Origin: Actinomycetota bacterium | Lineage (GTDB): Bacteria > Actinomycetota > Acidimicrobiia > Acidimicrobiales > Ilumatobacteraceae | Length of the DNA: 64,000 nt | NCBI GenBank assembly: GCA_030645495.1 | Contig: JAUSLV010000011.1 | Location: 256,659-320,658, forward strand | Direction: 5' to 3' | Shown: in pieces, positions 11,775 through 22,130 of the stretch | Position numbering within the stretch: position 1 is the first letter of the stretch | How the letters are laid out: each line of letters begins with the position of its first letter | Made by a program: the position numbers and the translations under genes | Notes under the pieces: model-generated | Databases searched by the model: none | Told to the model about the DNA's origin: nothing | Seen by the model: the letters and a program-made list of their open reading frames with translations, nothing else

Positions 11775-13048
11775 GCTCCGCGCAGGTGGCCCCCGGGCCC
11801 GAACGCGAAGCGCTGCAGCGGCGCACGCTGAACACGTTGCGCATGGCGCAGGTGCCCGGCCAGGCATCGGTGGCCGGCGTGGTGGCCGTGGTGGCGCTGC
11901 TGGGCAAAGAGCTGCTGGATGGCAGCGACCGGTTGGCGGGCACCGGCAGCGCGGCGTTCACGTTGGGTTCAGCGCTCATGGCCGTGCCGCTGGCGGCGTT
12001 CATGCGCCGTCGCGGGCGGCGCCCGGGCCTGATGCTGGCGTTCGGTCTCGGGTCGTTCGGCGCGGCGATCGCCGGCACGGGCGGCGAGATCGGGGTGTTC
12101 GCCGTGTTCGTGGTGGGCATGGCCATCTACGGCGGCGCGCAAGCGGCCACACTGCAGGGTCGCTACGTGGCCGCCGATCTGGCCGAACCCGCGCACCGCG
12201 CGAAGGCGATCGCCGCGGTGGTGTGGGTGGGCACGCTCGGTGCCGTGTTCGGCCCGCTGCTCACCCCGTGGGAGAAGCGCCTCGGTCGCGCGATGGGCCT
12301 CAACCCGCTGGTGGGTCCGTTCCTGTGCGCGTCGTTGATGTCGTTGATCGCGATGACGGTCATCTGGGTACGGCTGCGCCCGGATCCGCTGGCGGTCACT
12401 GGCGAACTCGATCCGCACGCGGAACGCATTCACCCGTTGCAGCAGGTGAAGGTGTCGGTGGCGGTGATCCGCGGCAGCGGCCTCGCCACGCTGGGCCTCA
12501 CCGCGATGGTGATCTCGCAGGTGGCGATGGTGGCGGTCATGACGATGACGCCGCCGCACATGAAGGACCATGCGCAGGGCGACCTCAGCGCCTACGTGAT
12601 CGCCGTGCACATCGTCGGTATGTATGCCTTCGCGCCGTTCGTCGGTCGGTTCGTCGAGCGCTTCGGCCAGGTGCGCTCGGTGATGATCGGCGCTGTCGTG
12701 CTGGCCGCGGGCACGGTCGTGACAGTGGTTGCCGGCTACGTGCCCGCACTGATCTTCTTCGGCTTGTTCCTGTTGGGGGTCGGCTGGAACATCGGTCTCA
12801 TCGCCGGTAGCAGCATCCTCACCAACGCGGTGCCGTCGCATGCGCGCGTCGAGGTGCAGGGCACGGCCGACCTGGCGATGAGCTTCTGCGGCGGCGTCGC
12901 CGCGTTCAGCTCGGGCTTCATCAAGCAGGAGTGGGGCTACCACATGCTGGCGAATACGGCCACGCTGCTGGCCGGTGTGCTGTTGGTGACCGCGTACACG
13001 CGGTCACTGCGGCTCAGCGCCCGCGCAGCTTCTTCGACAGGTCGTTGA
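11771..13048 (+). CDS. MFS transporter
   Basis: About 12 predicted TM segments and MFS-like loops are present. A GTG start overlaps the vapC stop (GTGA); the start is uncertain. Confidence 0.7.
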   Translation: MSSAQVAPGPEREALQRRTLNTLRMAQVPGQASVAGVVAVVALLGKELLDGSDRLAGTGSAAFTLGSALMAVPLAAFMRRRGRRPGLMLAFGLGSFGAAIAGTGGEIGVFAVFVVGMAIYGGAQAATLQGRYVAADLAEPAHRAKAIAAVVWVGTLGAVFGPLLTPWEKRLGRAMGLNPLVGPFLCASLMSLIAMTVIWVRLRPDPLAVTGELDPHAERIHPLQQVKVSVAVIRGSGLATLGLTAMVISQVAMVAVMTMTPPHMKDHAQGDLSAYVIAVHIVGMYAFAPFVGRFVERFGQVRSVMIGAVVLAAGTVVTVVAGYVPALIFFGLFLLGVGWNIGLIAGSSILTNAVPSHARVEVQGTADLAMSFCGGVAAFSSGFIKQEWGYHMLANTATLLAGVLLVTAYTRSLRLSARAASSTGR

Positions 13049-13790
13049 GCCTGGCCTTCTCTGCCTTCGACAGCGAGTCGATGCCATTGGCGCTGATCTT
13101 GTCGAGCAGTAGGTCGAGTTCGGTCTGGTCGGACGCGCTGTGCGCCGGCTCGGGGGCCCACGGCCCGCTGACCACGGTGGGGCCACCGAGCTTGCCTTTG
13201 CGCTTGGGAGCCTTGGTGCCTCTGGGTCGCTTGCCCAGCACCTGCGGGATGAACTGCAAGTGCGACAGCAGGCCGCACTGCCTCGCTCCGAACAACCCGA
13301 TCGTGATCACCGCGAGTTCGAGCACCAGCGGCTCGTAGGCGCGATCGCCGAGGTAACGCAGCGCGTCGATGCCCACGTAGATCGCGGCGATCACCCAGGC
13401 GGGGATACCGAAGAAGAACATCGCCGTCGGGTTGTCGAGCGCGAAGATCACTAGCAGCGCGATGCCCAGCGTGCCCAGGCCGTAGGCCGCGTACTGCACG
13501 TCGAACTGGATGATCGTGACGAGCGCGGCCGGCAGGATCGTCATCGCGGCGAGCAGCCAGGTGAACCGTGTGCGGCCGACGTTGTCCTCGATGCGGTGGC
13601 CGACGAACCAGAAGAACGCGAGCGTGAGCACCACCCACAGCCCCTGCTGGTCGAGTGGGTTGGCGATCGGCCATGTGGCCAGGCGCCAGACATCGCCGTC
13701 GCGCACGAGCGAGCCGGCGAACACCAGCTTGAAGAGCGACATCTTGTCGATCGCGTACCAGAAGATCGACAGGATGCCGAGTCCCACCAT
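13014..13790 (-). CDS. polytopic membrane protein with a basic/helical C-terminal tail (family unknown)
   Basis: Six or seven hydrophobic segments are predicted, with a K/R-rich cytoplasmic tail. The supplied 932-aa ORF is mostly antisense to uvrC, so only the 3' ~259 codons are kept. Confidence 0.5.
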   Translation of the reverse strand: MVGLGILSIFWYAIDKMSLFKLVFAGSLVRDGDVWRLATWPIANPLDQQGLWVVLTLAFFWFVGHRIEDNVGRTRFTWLLAAMTILPAALVTIIQFDVQYAAYGLGTLGIALLVIFALDNPTAMFFFGIPAWVIAAIYVGIDALRYLGDRAYEPLVLELAVITIGLFGARQCGLLSHLQFIPQVLGKRPRGTKAPKRKGKLGGPTVVSGPWAPEPAHSASDQTELDLLLDKISANGIDSLSKAEKARLNDLSKKLRGR

Positions 13791-13934
13791 CAGGGCGGTG
13801 GTGGTGACATCGATCGAACCGACGCGGAACCAGCCGTCGCGGCTGGGTCGTTCGGGCAGGGAGAACTGATAGCGGCCGGGCACGAGAAGGAACCCTACCC
13901 GCGCCGCCGCACCGGCGACCGTAGAGTCACACGC

Positions 13935-15824
13935 ATGGTTGCCCGGCCCCCCACAGGAACGATTCCCGAGACCCCGGGCTCGTACCAGTTCAAGGACAAA
14001 GACGGCCGCGTCATCTATGTCGGCAAGGCGTCCAGCCTGCGCCAGCGTCTTTCCAACTACTTCCAGGACCCGCGCAACCTGCACCCGCGCACGGCGCAGA
14101 TGGTGGCCACCGCCACCTCCGTCGAGTGGATCGAGGTGCGCAACGAAGTCGAAGCGCTGATGCTGGAGTACAGCCTCATCAAGCAGCATCGGCCGCGCTT
14201 CAACGTGCGCCTGCGCGACGACAAGAGCTATCCGTTCCTGGCGATCACCGTCGACGAGCAGTTCCCGCGAGCGATGGTGATGCGCGGCCGCAAGCGCAAG
14301 GGCACCCGCTACTTCGGCCCCTACGCGCACGCCTACGCGATCCGCGACACGCTCGACCTGTTGGTGCGCAGCTTCCCCGTACGCACGTGCAGCCCGGGCA
14401 AGTTCAACGAACACCACCGACTCGGCCGGCCGTGCCTGTTGTTCCACATCGAGAAGTGCAGCGGGCCGTGTGTGGGCGAGATCGAAGAGATGCCGTACCG
14501 GCAGTTGGTGCAGGAGATGTGCGACTTCCTCGACGGAGACACCGACGAGATCGTGCAGCGGCTGGAGGCGCAGATGGCGGGCGCGGCCAAGGCGTTGGAA
14601 TACGAGCGCGCCGCTCGTGTGCGCGATCGGTTGCTGGCGGTGCGCAAGGCGATCGAGAAGCAGCAGATGGTGGGCGAGCGCAGCGAAGACATCGACATCA
14701 TCGGCATCGCCGACGACGAGTTGGAAGCAGCGGTGCAAGTGTTCTTCGTGCGCAAGGGCCGGGTGGTGGGCCGCAAGGGGTTCGTGCTCGACAAGGTGGA
14801 AGAGCTGACCGAGGGCGGGCTGGTGGACCGCATTCTCGAATCGTTGTACGGCGACGACCCGCCGGCCGGGGTGCCCAAGCAGGTGCTGGTGCCGGTGGAA
14901 CCCGATGACTCGGCCACCTACGAGGAGTGGCTCACGCACCTGCGCGGCAGCAAGGTGCAGATCCGCGTGCCCCAGCGCGGCGACAAGCGCGAGCTGCACG
15001 AGACGGTCACGCGCAACGCGAAGGAAGAGTTCATGCGCCATCGCCTGCGGCGCGCGGGCGACCACAACGCTCGCAGCCGCGCGCTCACCGAACTGCAGGA
15101 TCTGTTGTCGCTGCCCGAGGCGCCGTTGCGCATCGAGTGCTACGACATGGCGCACTTGCAGGGCACCGACTACGTGGGCTCGATGGTGGTGCTGGAAGAC
15201 GGCCTGCCGAACAAGCGCGAGTACCGCCGCTTCAAGGTGAAGGACGTGGCGGGCAACGACGACTATGCGGCGATGGAGGAGGTACTCACGCGCCGGCTGG
15301 AGGCGTACCTGCACGAGCGTGACCAGCCGCTGGACGACGACCTCGTGGATGGTCAGGCAGGCAAGCGGCCGAAGAAATTCGCCTACCCGCCGCAGTTGTT
15401 GCTGGTGGATGGCGGCAAGGGGCAGTTGGCGGTCGCCGACCGCGTGGTGCGCAAGCTGGGACTGCAGGACGAGATCCCCATCGCCTCGCTGGCCAAGCGG
15501 TTCGAGGAAGTGTTCCTGCCGGGCAAGAGCATCCCCGTGGAGGTGCCTCGCGGAAGTGATGCGTTGTTCATGCTGCAGCGCATCCGTGACGAAGCGCACC
15601 GCTTCGCCAACACGTTCCACCGCGAGCTGCGCGGCAAGCGGATGACCGCCAGCTCGCTCGACGGCATCGCCGGCCTCGGCGACGCGCGCAAGAAGAAGCT
15701 GACGCAGGTGATGGGTGGCGTCAACGCGGTGAAGAAGGCCTCGCTGGAAGAGCTGCAAGCGTTGTCGTTCCTGCCCGACGCCGTTGCCGAAGCGATCCAC
15801 GCCAAGTTCCACCCCCCGGCGTGA
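13935..15824 (+). CDS. uvrC: excinuclease ABC subunit C
   Basis: The N-terminus carries the GIY-YIG domain (PGSYQFKDKDGRVIYVGKA). The UvrBC-interaction domain, the RNaseH-like endonuclease domain and a C-terminal HhH are present. Confidence 0.92.
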   Translation: MVARPPTGTIPETPGSYQFKDKDGRVIYVGKASSLRQRLSNYFQDPRNLHPRTAQMVATATSVEWIEVRNEVEALMLEYSLIKQHRPRFNVRLRDDKSYPFLAITVDEQFPRAMVMRGRKRKGTRYFGPYAHAYAIRDTLDLLVRSFPVRTCSPGKFNEHHRLGRPCLLFHIEKCSGPCVGEIEEMPYRQLVQEMCDFLDGDTDEIVQRLEAQMAGAAKALEYERAARVRDRLLAVRKAIEKQQMVGERSEDIDIIGIADDELEAAVQVFFVRKGRVVGRKGFVLDKVEELTEGGLVDRILESLYGDDPPAGVPKQVLVPVEPDDSATYEEWLTHLRGSKVQIRVPQRGDKRELHETVTRNAKEEFMRHRLRRAGDHNARSRALTELQDLLSLPEAPLRIECYDMAHLQGTDYVGSMVVLEDGLPNKREYRRFKVKDVAGNDDYAAMEEVLTRRLEAYLHERDQPLDDDLVDGQAGKRPKKFAYPPQLLLVDGGKGQLAVADRVVRKLGLQDEIPIASLAKRFEEVFLPGKSIPVEVPRGSDALFMLQRIRDEAHRFANTFHRELRGKRMTASSLDGIAGLGDARKKKLTQVMGGVNAVKKASLEELQALSFLPDAVAEAIHAKFHPPA

Positions 15825-15827
15825 GGC

Positions 15828-16202
15828 TCACCAGGCGATCGGGTCATCGTCGTCGGGGCGGGCGAGCGTGCCGGCTCGGTACCGCTGCGCCAACAGCTCG
15901 CCCTCGCGGAACTGGCGCTCGGCCCGGTTGCGGCGCACCTGGTGCGGGGGCGGCAGCGGCGGTGCGGCCGGGAACTTCTGACGGGCACCCTGGCGGGTGA
16001 GGCCGAGGTTGCGGCCGATGCGACCCCAGTCGAACCCGTCGCGCCGGGCCAGCGCAACCGCCCGCTGCATCAGCCAGTCGGTCTCCTCGACGAGGTGTCG
16101 AGCAGCCAGCAGCGCCTGGCGCGGGTCGTCGCCCAGCGCCCGATCGATCATCGCGACCAACTCGTCGCGAACGGTGCGAGCAGCCATGGTCGGCTCCTTC
16201 AC
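15828..16202 (-). CDS. hypothetical protein, possible HTH DNA-binding protein
   Basis: GFDWGRIGRNLGLTRQGARQKF resembles a helix-turn-helix. No family is assigned. Confidence 0.4.
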   Translation of the reverse strand: MKEPTMAARTVRDELVAMIDRALGDDPRQALLAARHLVEETDWLMQRAVALARRDGFDWGRIGRNLGLTRQGARQKFPAAPPLPPPHQVRRNRAERQFREGELLAQRYRAGTLARPDDDDPIAW

Positions 16203-16376
16203 GGTAGATGTCGTGAGGTGGGGGAAGCCGTGGTGGCGAACCTACCGGCCGGCCGGCCGAAGCCGTCGCTCGCGCCGGCACCCACTTCGTTTTCCGCAAC
16301 GACAATTGCCGTTACCGGCGCGGCAACCGTGGTTTCCGCTGGCGAAAACGGAACACCCCGGGGCGGGGAGCCGGGG

Positions 16377-17285
16377 CTACATCAGCTGGCTGAAGACCTG
16401 GTCGTGCAGCGCGGCGAGCGCGTCGGCGCGCTCGGCGGCGGTGGCACCGAGCGTGAAGTCGGGGATCGCGAACTCGTGCACGCCGAGGTCGGCGTAGGCG
16501 CCGAGCAGTTGCACCAGCTCGTCGGCCGAACCGATCAACGCGCGCCCGCTCGCGGCGAAGGGTGCGTGCGCCTCGCGCTCGGCGGGCGTGTTCACCAGAA
16601 ACACCAGCGCCTGTGAGGAGCGTCGCAGCGACTCGGGGTCGCGGCCGACCGATTCACAGGCGGCGAGGAACGCCTCGGTGCGCTGGCCGACGGTGGTGGG
16701 GTCGCCCCACGTGTTCCACTCGTCGGCGAAGCGGGCTGTGAGCCGCAGCATGCGCGGACTGCCCGTGCCCACCAACAACGGCAGTGCGCCCACCGGCTTG
16801 GGTGCGAACGGCGCATCGGTGAGCGTGTAGTACTGGCCGGCGAACGACACGGACTCCTCGCGCAGCAGACGGTGAACGATCTCGATCGCCTCGGCGAAGC
16901 GGCTGACGCGCGGCCCAGGCGCGGGCAGTTCGAACCCGTACGCGGCGTGTTCGTTCTCCTGCCAGCCTGCGCCCAGCCCCAACACGGCACGCCCTCCGGA
17001 GATGTGCGAGACGGTGGTGGCCCGCTTGGCCAACAGCACCGGGTGATGGATCGTGACCGGCGAGACCATCGACACCAACCGCACGCGTGGCACCAGCGCA
17101 GCGATCGCCGACAGCACCGTCCAGCACTCCAGCGTGTCGCCCGGGTCGGGCGTGCCGTCGGGGCGGTTGGGCATGAGATGGTCGGCGAACCAGAACGAGT
17201 GGTAGCCGTGCTGCTCGGCGAAGCGGGCGAGCGTGAGCGTCTCGTCCCACGAGCGGTCGAACGAGGGCCACAGGGAGAACTGCAT
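16377..17285 (-). CDS. LLM-class (luciferase-like) F420-dependent oxidoreductase
   Basis: Luciferase-like TIM-barrel signature motifs are present (FWFADHL, LGLGAGW). The protein is 302 aa. Confidence 0.8.
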   Translation of the reverse strand: MQFSLWPSFDRSWDETLTLARFAEQHGYHSFWFADHLMPNRPDGTPDPGDTLECWTVLSAIAALVPRVRLVSMVSPVTIHHPVLLAKRATTVSHISGGRAVLGLGAGWQENEHAAYGFELPAPGPRVSRFAEAIEIVHRLLREESVSFAGQYYTLTDAPFAPKPVGALPLLVGTGSPRMLRLTARFADEWNTWGDPTTVGQRTEAFLAACESVGRDPESLRRSSQALVFLVNTPAEREAHAPFAASGRALIGSADELVQLLGAYADLGVHEFAIPDFTLGATAAERADALAALHDQVFSQLM

Positions 17286-17321
17286 GGCCGCACTCTACGA
17301 TGCCGCCTTACGCTTGTGGGC

Positions 17322-18041
17322 GTGAGCGACAATCTCTGGGAGACCCACGCCGAATGGTGGATCGACGGCTTCACCGCCGGCGCCGACCCCGAGTACGAGG
17401 AGCAGATCCTGCCGCTGGCGGCGCGCGAACTGCAGGGCGCGCAGCGGGTGCTCGACGTGGGCTGCGGCGACGGCCAGGTGAGTCGTCTGGCCGCCAAGCT
17501 GGGCGCGCAGGTCGTGGGCATCGACCCCACGTGGAACTGCGTCAGCGTGGCCAACCAGCGCGGCGGGGGAGTGTTCGCCCGCGCCGGCGCCGCGCAACTG
17601 CCGTTCGCCGATGCCAGCTTCGACGCGGTGGTCGCGTGCCTGGTGTTCGAGCACATCCGCGACGTTGACTCGGCGATCGCCGAGGTGGCCCGCGTGCTGC
17701 AGCCCGGTGGTCGGTTCTGCTTTTTCCTCAACCACCCGCTGCTGCAAACGCCGAACAGCGGTTGGATCGATGATCAGTTCCTCGACCCGCCCGAGCAGTA
17801 CTGGCGCATCGGCCCGTACCTCATCGAGGACGAGACGATCGAGGAGGTGGAGAAGGACGTGTTCATCCCCTTCATCCACCGCCCGCTCAGCCGCTATGTG
17901 AACACGCTGTCCGATCACGGACTGCTGCTGGAACGGATGGAAGAGCCCGCGCCACCGGCCGGGTTCCTCGCCAAGGCCGAGGAGTACGTTGCCGCGTCCA
18001 CGATCCCGCGTCTGCTGTATCTCCGCACGCGCAAGGTGTAG
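17322..18041 (+). CDS. class I SAM-dependent methyltransferase
   Basis: VLDVGCGDG (motif I) and a Methyltransf_11-like core are present. A GTG start is chosen inside the longer supplied ORF. Confidence 0.75.
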   Translation: MSDNLWETHAEWWIDGFTAGADPEYEEQILPLAARELQGAQRVLDVGCGDGQVSRLAAKLGAQVVGIDPTWNCVSVANQRGGGVFARAGAAQLPFADASFDAVVACLVFEHIRDVDSAIAEVARVLQPGGRFCFFLNHPLLQTPNSGWIDDQFLDPPEQYWRIGPYLIEDETIEEVEKDVFIPFIHRPLSRYVNTLSDHGLLLERMEEPAPPAGFLAKAEEYVAASTIPRLLYLRTRKV

Positions 18042-18059
18042 GGCCTACGATCGGGAGCG

Positions 18060-18908
18060 ATGGCCGACATCCTCCTCATCACCGGCATGTCCGGCGCCGG
18101 GCGCTCCGGTGCCGCGGCAGTGTTGGAAGATCTCGGCTGGTACGTGATCGACAACTTGCCCACCAGCCTCGTCGACACGATCGTCGCGTTGGTCAGCAAG
18201 CCCGGCAGCGACATCGAGCGGTTGGCGTTGGTGGCCGGCCGCCAGCACGTGGAGGTGCTGCCGAAGGTGGCCCAGCTGCGCTCGGAGGGCCACCGCGTGC
18301 GGCTGCTGTTCCTCGATGCCAGCACCACCGCGTTGGTGAAGCGCTACGACGCCACCCGCCGCAAGCACCCGCTCGACGGCGAGGCACCTGGCCTGGTGGA
18401 GGCGATCGAGCTGGAGCGCGAACACCTCGAGCCGGTGCGCAGTGCTGCCGACCTGGTGATCGACACCACCGAGCTGAACGTGCACCAGCTGAAGGCTAAG
18501 CTGCTGGCGGCGTTCGAAGAAGCCGATGCCGGCCAGCGCGTGCAGATCGCGGTGGAGAGCTTCGGGTTCAAGCACGGCCTGCCGATCGACGCCGACATCG
18601 TGATGGATGTGCGTTTCCTGCCCAACCCGCACTGGGAAGAAGCGCTGCGGCCGCTCACCGGGCACGACCCGTCGGTGCGCGACTTCGTGCTCGAACGGGC
18701 GCAGGCCAACGACTTCCTCGATCGCTTCGCCGAGCTGATCCTGTCGCTGCTGCCGGCCTACGAGCAGGAGGGCAAGAGCTACCTCACGATCGCGATCGGC
18801 TGCACCGGTGGCCGCCATCGCAGCGTGGCGATCACCGAAGAGATCGCCCGGCGCGTGCGCGAGCACGGCTACGCGGTTCGCGTGGGCCATCGCGATCTCA
18901 GTCGCTGA
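18060..18908 (+). CDS. rapZ: RNase adapter / nucleotide-binding protein RapZ (YvcJ family)
   Basis: The Walker A sequence ITGMSGAGRS and a conserved C-terminal domain are present. It lies downstream of uvrC as in other actinobacteria. Confidence 0.88.
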   Translation: MADILLITGMSGAGRSGAAAVLEDLGWYVIDNLPTSLVDTIVALVSKPGSDIERLALVAGRQHVEVLPKVAQLRSEGHRVRLLFLDASTTALVKRYDATRRKHPLDGEAPGLVEAIELEREHLEPVRSAADLVIDTTELNVHQLKAKLLAAFEEADAGQRVQIAVESFGFKHGLPIDADIVMDVRFLPNPHWEEALRPLTGHDPSVRDFVLERAQANDFLDRFAELILSLLPAYEQEGKSYLTIAIGCTGGRHRSVAITEEIARRVREHGYAVRVGHRDLSR

Positions 18909-20018
<1,110 letters not shown>

Positions 20019-20021
20019 GCC

Positions 20022-21137
20022 ATGAGCCGCATCCCCACACTCGCCGACCTCGGCGACGTGCGCGGGAAGCGGGTGTTGGTGCGAACCGACTTCAACGTCC
20101 CGATGGACGGTGGTGTCATCACCGACGACTTCCGCATCCGCGCCGCGCTGCCCACGATCAACTGGCTCACCGAACGCGGTGCAACGGTCGTCACGGCCTC
20201 GCACCTCGGCCGCCCCAAGGGGCAGCCCAACCCGAAGTACTCGATGGACGCGGTGCGGGCTCGCCTGGCCGAGCTCGCACCGGGTGTCGAACTGCTCGAG
20301 AACCTGCGTTTCGACGCGGGTGAAGAAGGCAACGACCCGGCGTTCGTCGCGAAGATCACCGAGGGCATCGACCTGTACGTCGACGACGCGTTCGGTGCGT
20401 GCCATCGCGCGCACGCCAGCATCGTCGGCCCGCCCAAGGCCTTGCCGTCGGCGATGGGTCTGCTGTTGCAGAAGGAGGTCGAGGTGCTCCTCGGTCTGCG
20501 CAACGACCCCAAGCACCCGTTCGTGGCGGTGCTGGGCGGCAGCAAGATCTCCGACAAGCTCGGGGTCGTCGAGGCACTGCTGAAGGTGGTCGATTCGCTC
20601 GTGGTGGGCGGGGCGATGTGCTTCACGTTCCTGTCCGCGCAGGGTTACCCGATCGGCGACTCGCTGTTCGAGCCCGACCAGGTGGCAACGTGCAAGCGCC
20701 TGCTCGCGCAGGCCAAGGCCGGCGGCAAGACCATCCACCTCCCCGAGGATCTCGTGGGCGTGGATGCGAAGGGCCAGTTCGCCACGTTCGGCCGTTCGCT
20801 GCCCGATGGCGCCAAGGGTTTCGACATCGGCCCCGGTACCGCCGCGGCGTTCAGCGACGTGATCATGGATGCGCGCACCGTGTTCTGGAACGGCCCGATG
20901 GGCATGTTCGAGGATCCGCGCTTCGAAGCGGGCACGCGCACCGTCGCGCAGGCGATGGCCGACACCAAGGCGTTCACGGTGGTGGGCGGCGGCGACAGCG
21001 CGGCTGCGCTCGCGCAATTCGGCCTCGACGACGAGGTGTCGCACGTCAGCACCGGCGGCGGCGCGTCGCTGGAACTTCTCGAGCTGGGCGACCTGCCTGG
21101 CCTCGCAGCCCTCCGGGGCGCACCCAACGCAAAGTGA
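20022..21137 (+). CDS. pgk: phosphoglycerate kinase
   Basis: The N-terminus has the RVLVRTDFNVP motif. It is adjacent to gap and tpiA. Confidence 0.93.
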   Translation: MSRIPTLADLGDVRGKRVLVRTDFNVPMDGGVITDDFRIRAALPTINWLTERGATVVTASHLGRPKGQPNPKYSMDAVRARLAELAPGVELLENLRFDAGEEGNDPAFVAKITEGIDLYVDDAFGACHRAHASIVGPPKALPSAMGLLLQKEVEVLLGLRNDPKHPFVAVLGGSKISDKLGVVEALLKVVDSLVVGGAMCFTFLSAQGYPIGDSLFEPDQVATCKRLLAQAKAGGKTIHLPEDLVGVDAKGQFATFGRSLPDGAKGFDIGPGTAAAFSDVIMDARTVFWNGPMGMFEDPRFEAGTRTVAQAMADTKAFTVVGGGDSAAALAQFGLDDEVSHVSTGGGASLELLELGDLPGLAALRGAPNAK

Positions 21138-21143
21138 GCAACC

Positions 21144-21914
21144 ATGTCGCGTAAGCCCCTCATCTCCGGCAACTGGAAGATGAACCACAACCACTTCGAA
21201 GCCATCCAGACGGTGCAGAAGCTGGCCTACCTGGTGGGCAAGGACGAGCTGGAGGCGGCCGATGTCAGCATCCACCCGCCGTTCACCGACATCCGCAGCG
21301 TGCAGACCGTGATCGACAGCGACAAGCTGGGTTACGCCCTCGGCGCGCAGCACTGCCACTGGGAAGACAAGGGGGCCTTCACCGGCGAGGTGTCGCCGGT
21401 GTTCCTGCAGAAGCTGGGCGTGCAGTACGTGATCTGCGGGCACAGCGAGCGGCGCGAGATCTTCTGCGAGACCGACGAGATGGTGAACAAGAAGGTCGCC
21501 TCGATCCTTGCGCACGGCATGACGCCGATCATGTGCTGCGGCGAGACGCTCGAAGAGCGTGAGGCGGGCAACACCGAGGCCAAGGTGGTGGGCCAGGTGA
21601 AGGCCGGGCTGGCCGGGCGCAGCGCGCAGCAGATCGGTTCGCTCGTCATTGCCTACGAGCCGATCTGGGCGATCGGCACCGGTCGCACCGCAACCAGCGA
21701 TGATGCCCAGCAGGTGTGTGCCGCAATCCGTGTGTGTGTGGCCGAGATCGCGGGTGAAGTTGCCGCGCAAGCCGTGCGCATCCAGTACGGCGGCAGCGTG
21801 AAGGGCGCCAACATCGGCGAACTGATCGCGATGCCCGACATCGACGGTGCGCTCGTTGGCGGCGCCAGCCTCGACGCCGACGAGTTCGCGCGCATCTGCA
21901 AACTGGGTCGCTGA
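21144..21914 (+). CDS. tpiA: triose-phosphate isomerase
   Basis: ISGNWKMN, the catalytic AYEPIWAIGTG loop and GGSV are present. Confidence 0.95.
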   Translation: MSRKPLISGNWKMNHNHFEAIQTVQKLAYLVGKDELEAADVSIHPPFTDIRSVQTVIDSDKLGYALGAQHCHWEDKGAFTGEVSPVFLQKLGVQYVICGHSERREIFCETDEMVNKKVASILAHGMTPIMCCGETLEEREAGNTEAKVVGQVKAGLAGRSAQQIGSLVIAYEPIWAIGTGRTATSDDAQQVCAAIRVCVAEIAGEVAAQAVRIQYGGSVKGANIGELIAMPDIDGALVGGASLDADEFARICKLGR

Positions 21915-22130
21915 CACCACCCAGCGAACCTCGGTGGTTGAACGTGCCAGAAACACTGTCGGAACGTTTGCTCCAGCGAATGAAATTTTGGGAACGCAGG
22001 AGCTACCCATCGGTAACGGGCCGTGCTACTGTGCCGCTGCCCGTACTGATCGGGGAGGACAGTTCGAGCGGTGTGTGGCCTCACAGCTGTGCATCAATAC
22101 CTCCCTCCGTTTCCATAGGAGGACCCCAAC

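Noticed and set aside
13791-15812. 5' two-thirds of the 932-aa minus-strand ORF
   Set aside because: It is antisense to uvrC. Only the 3' ~259 codons encode a plausible polytopic membrane protein.
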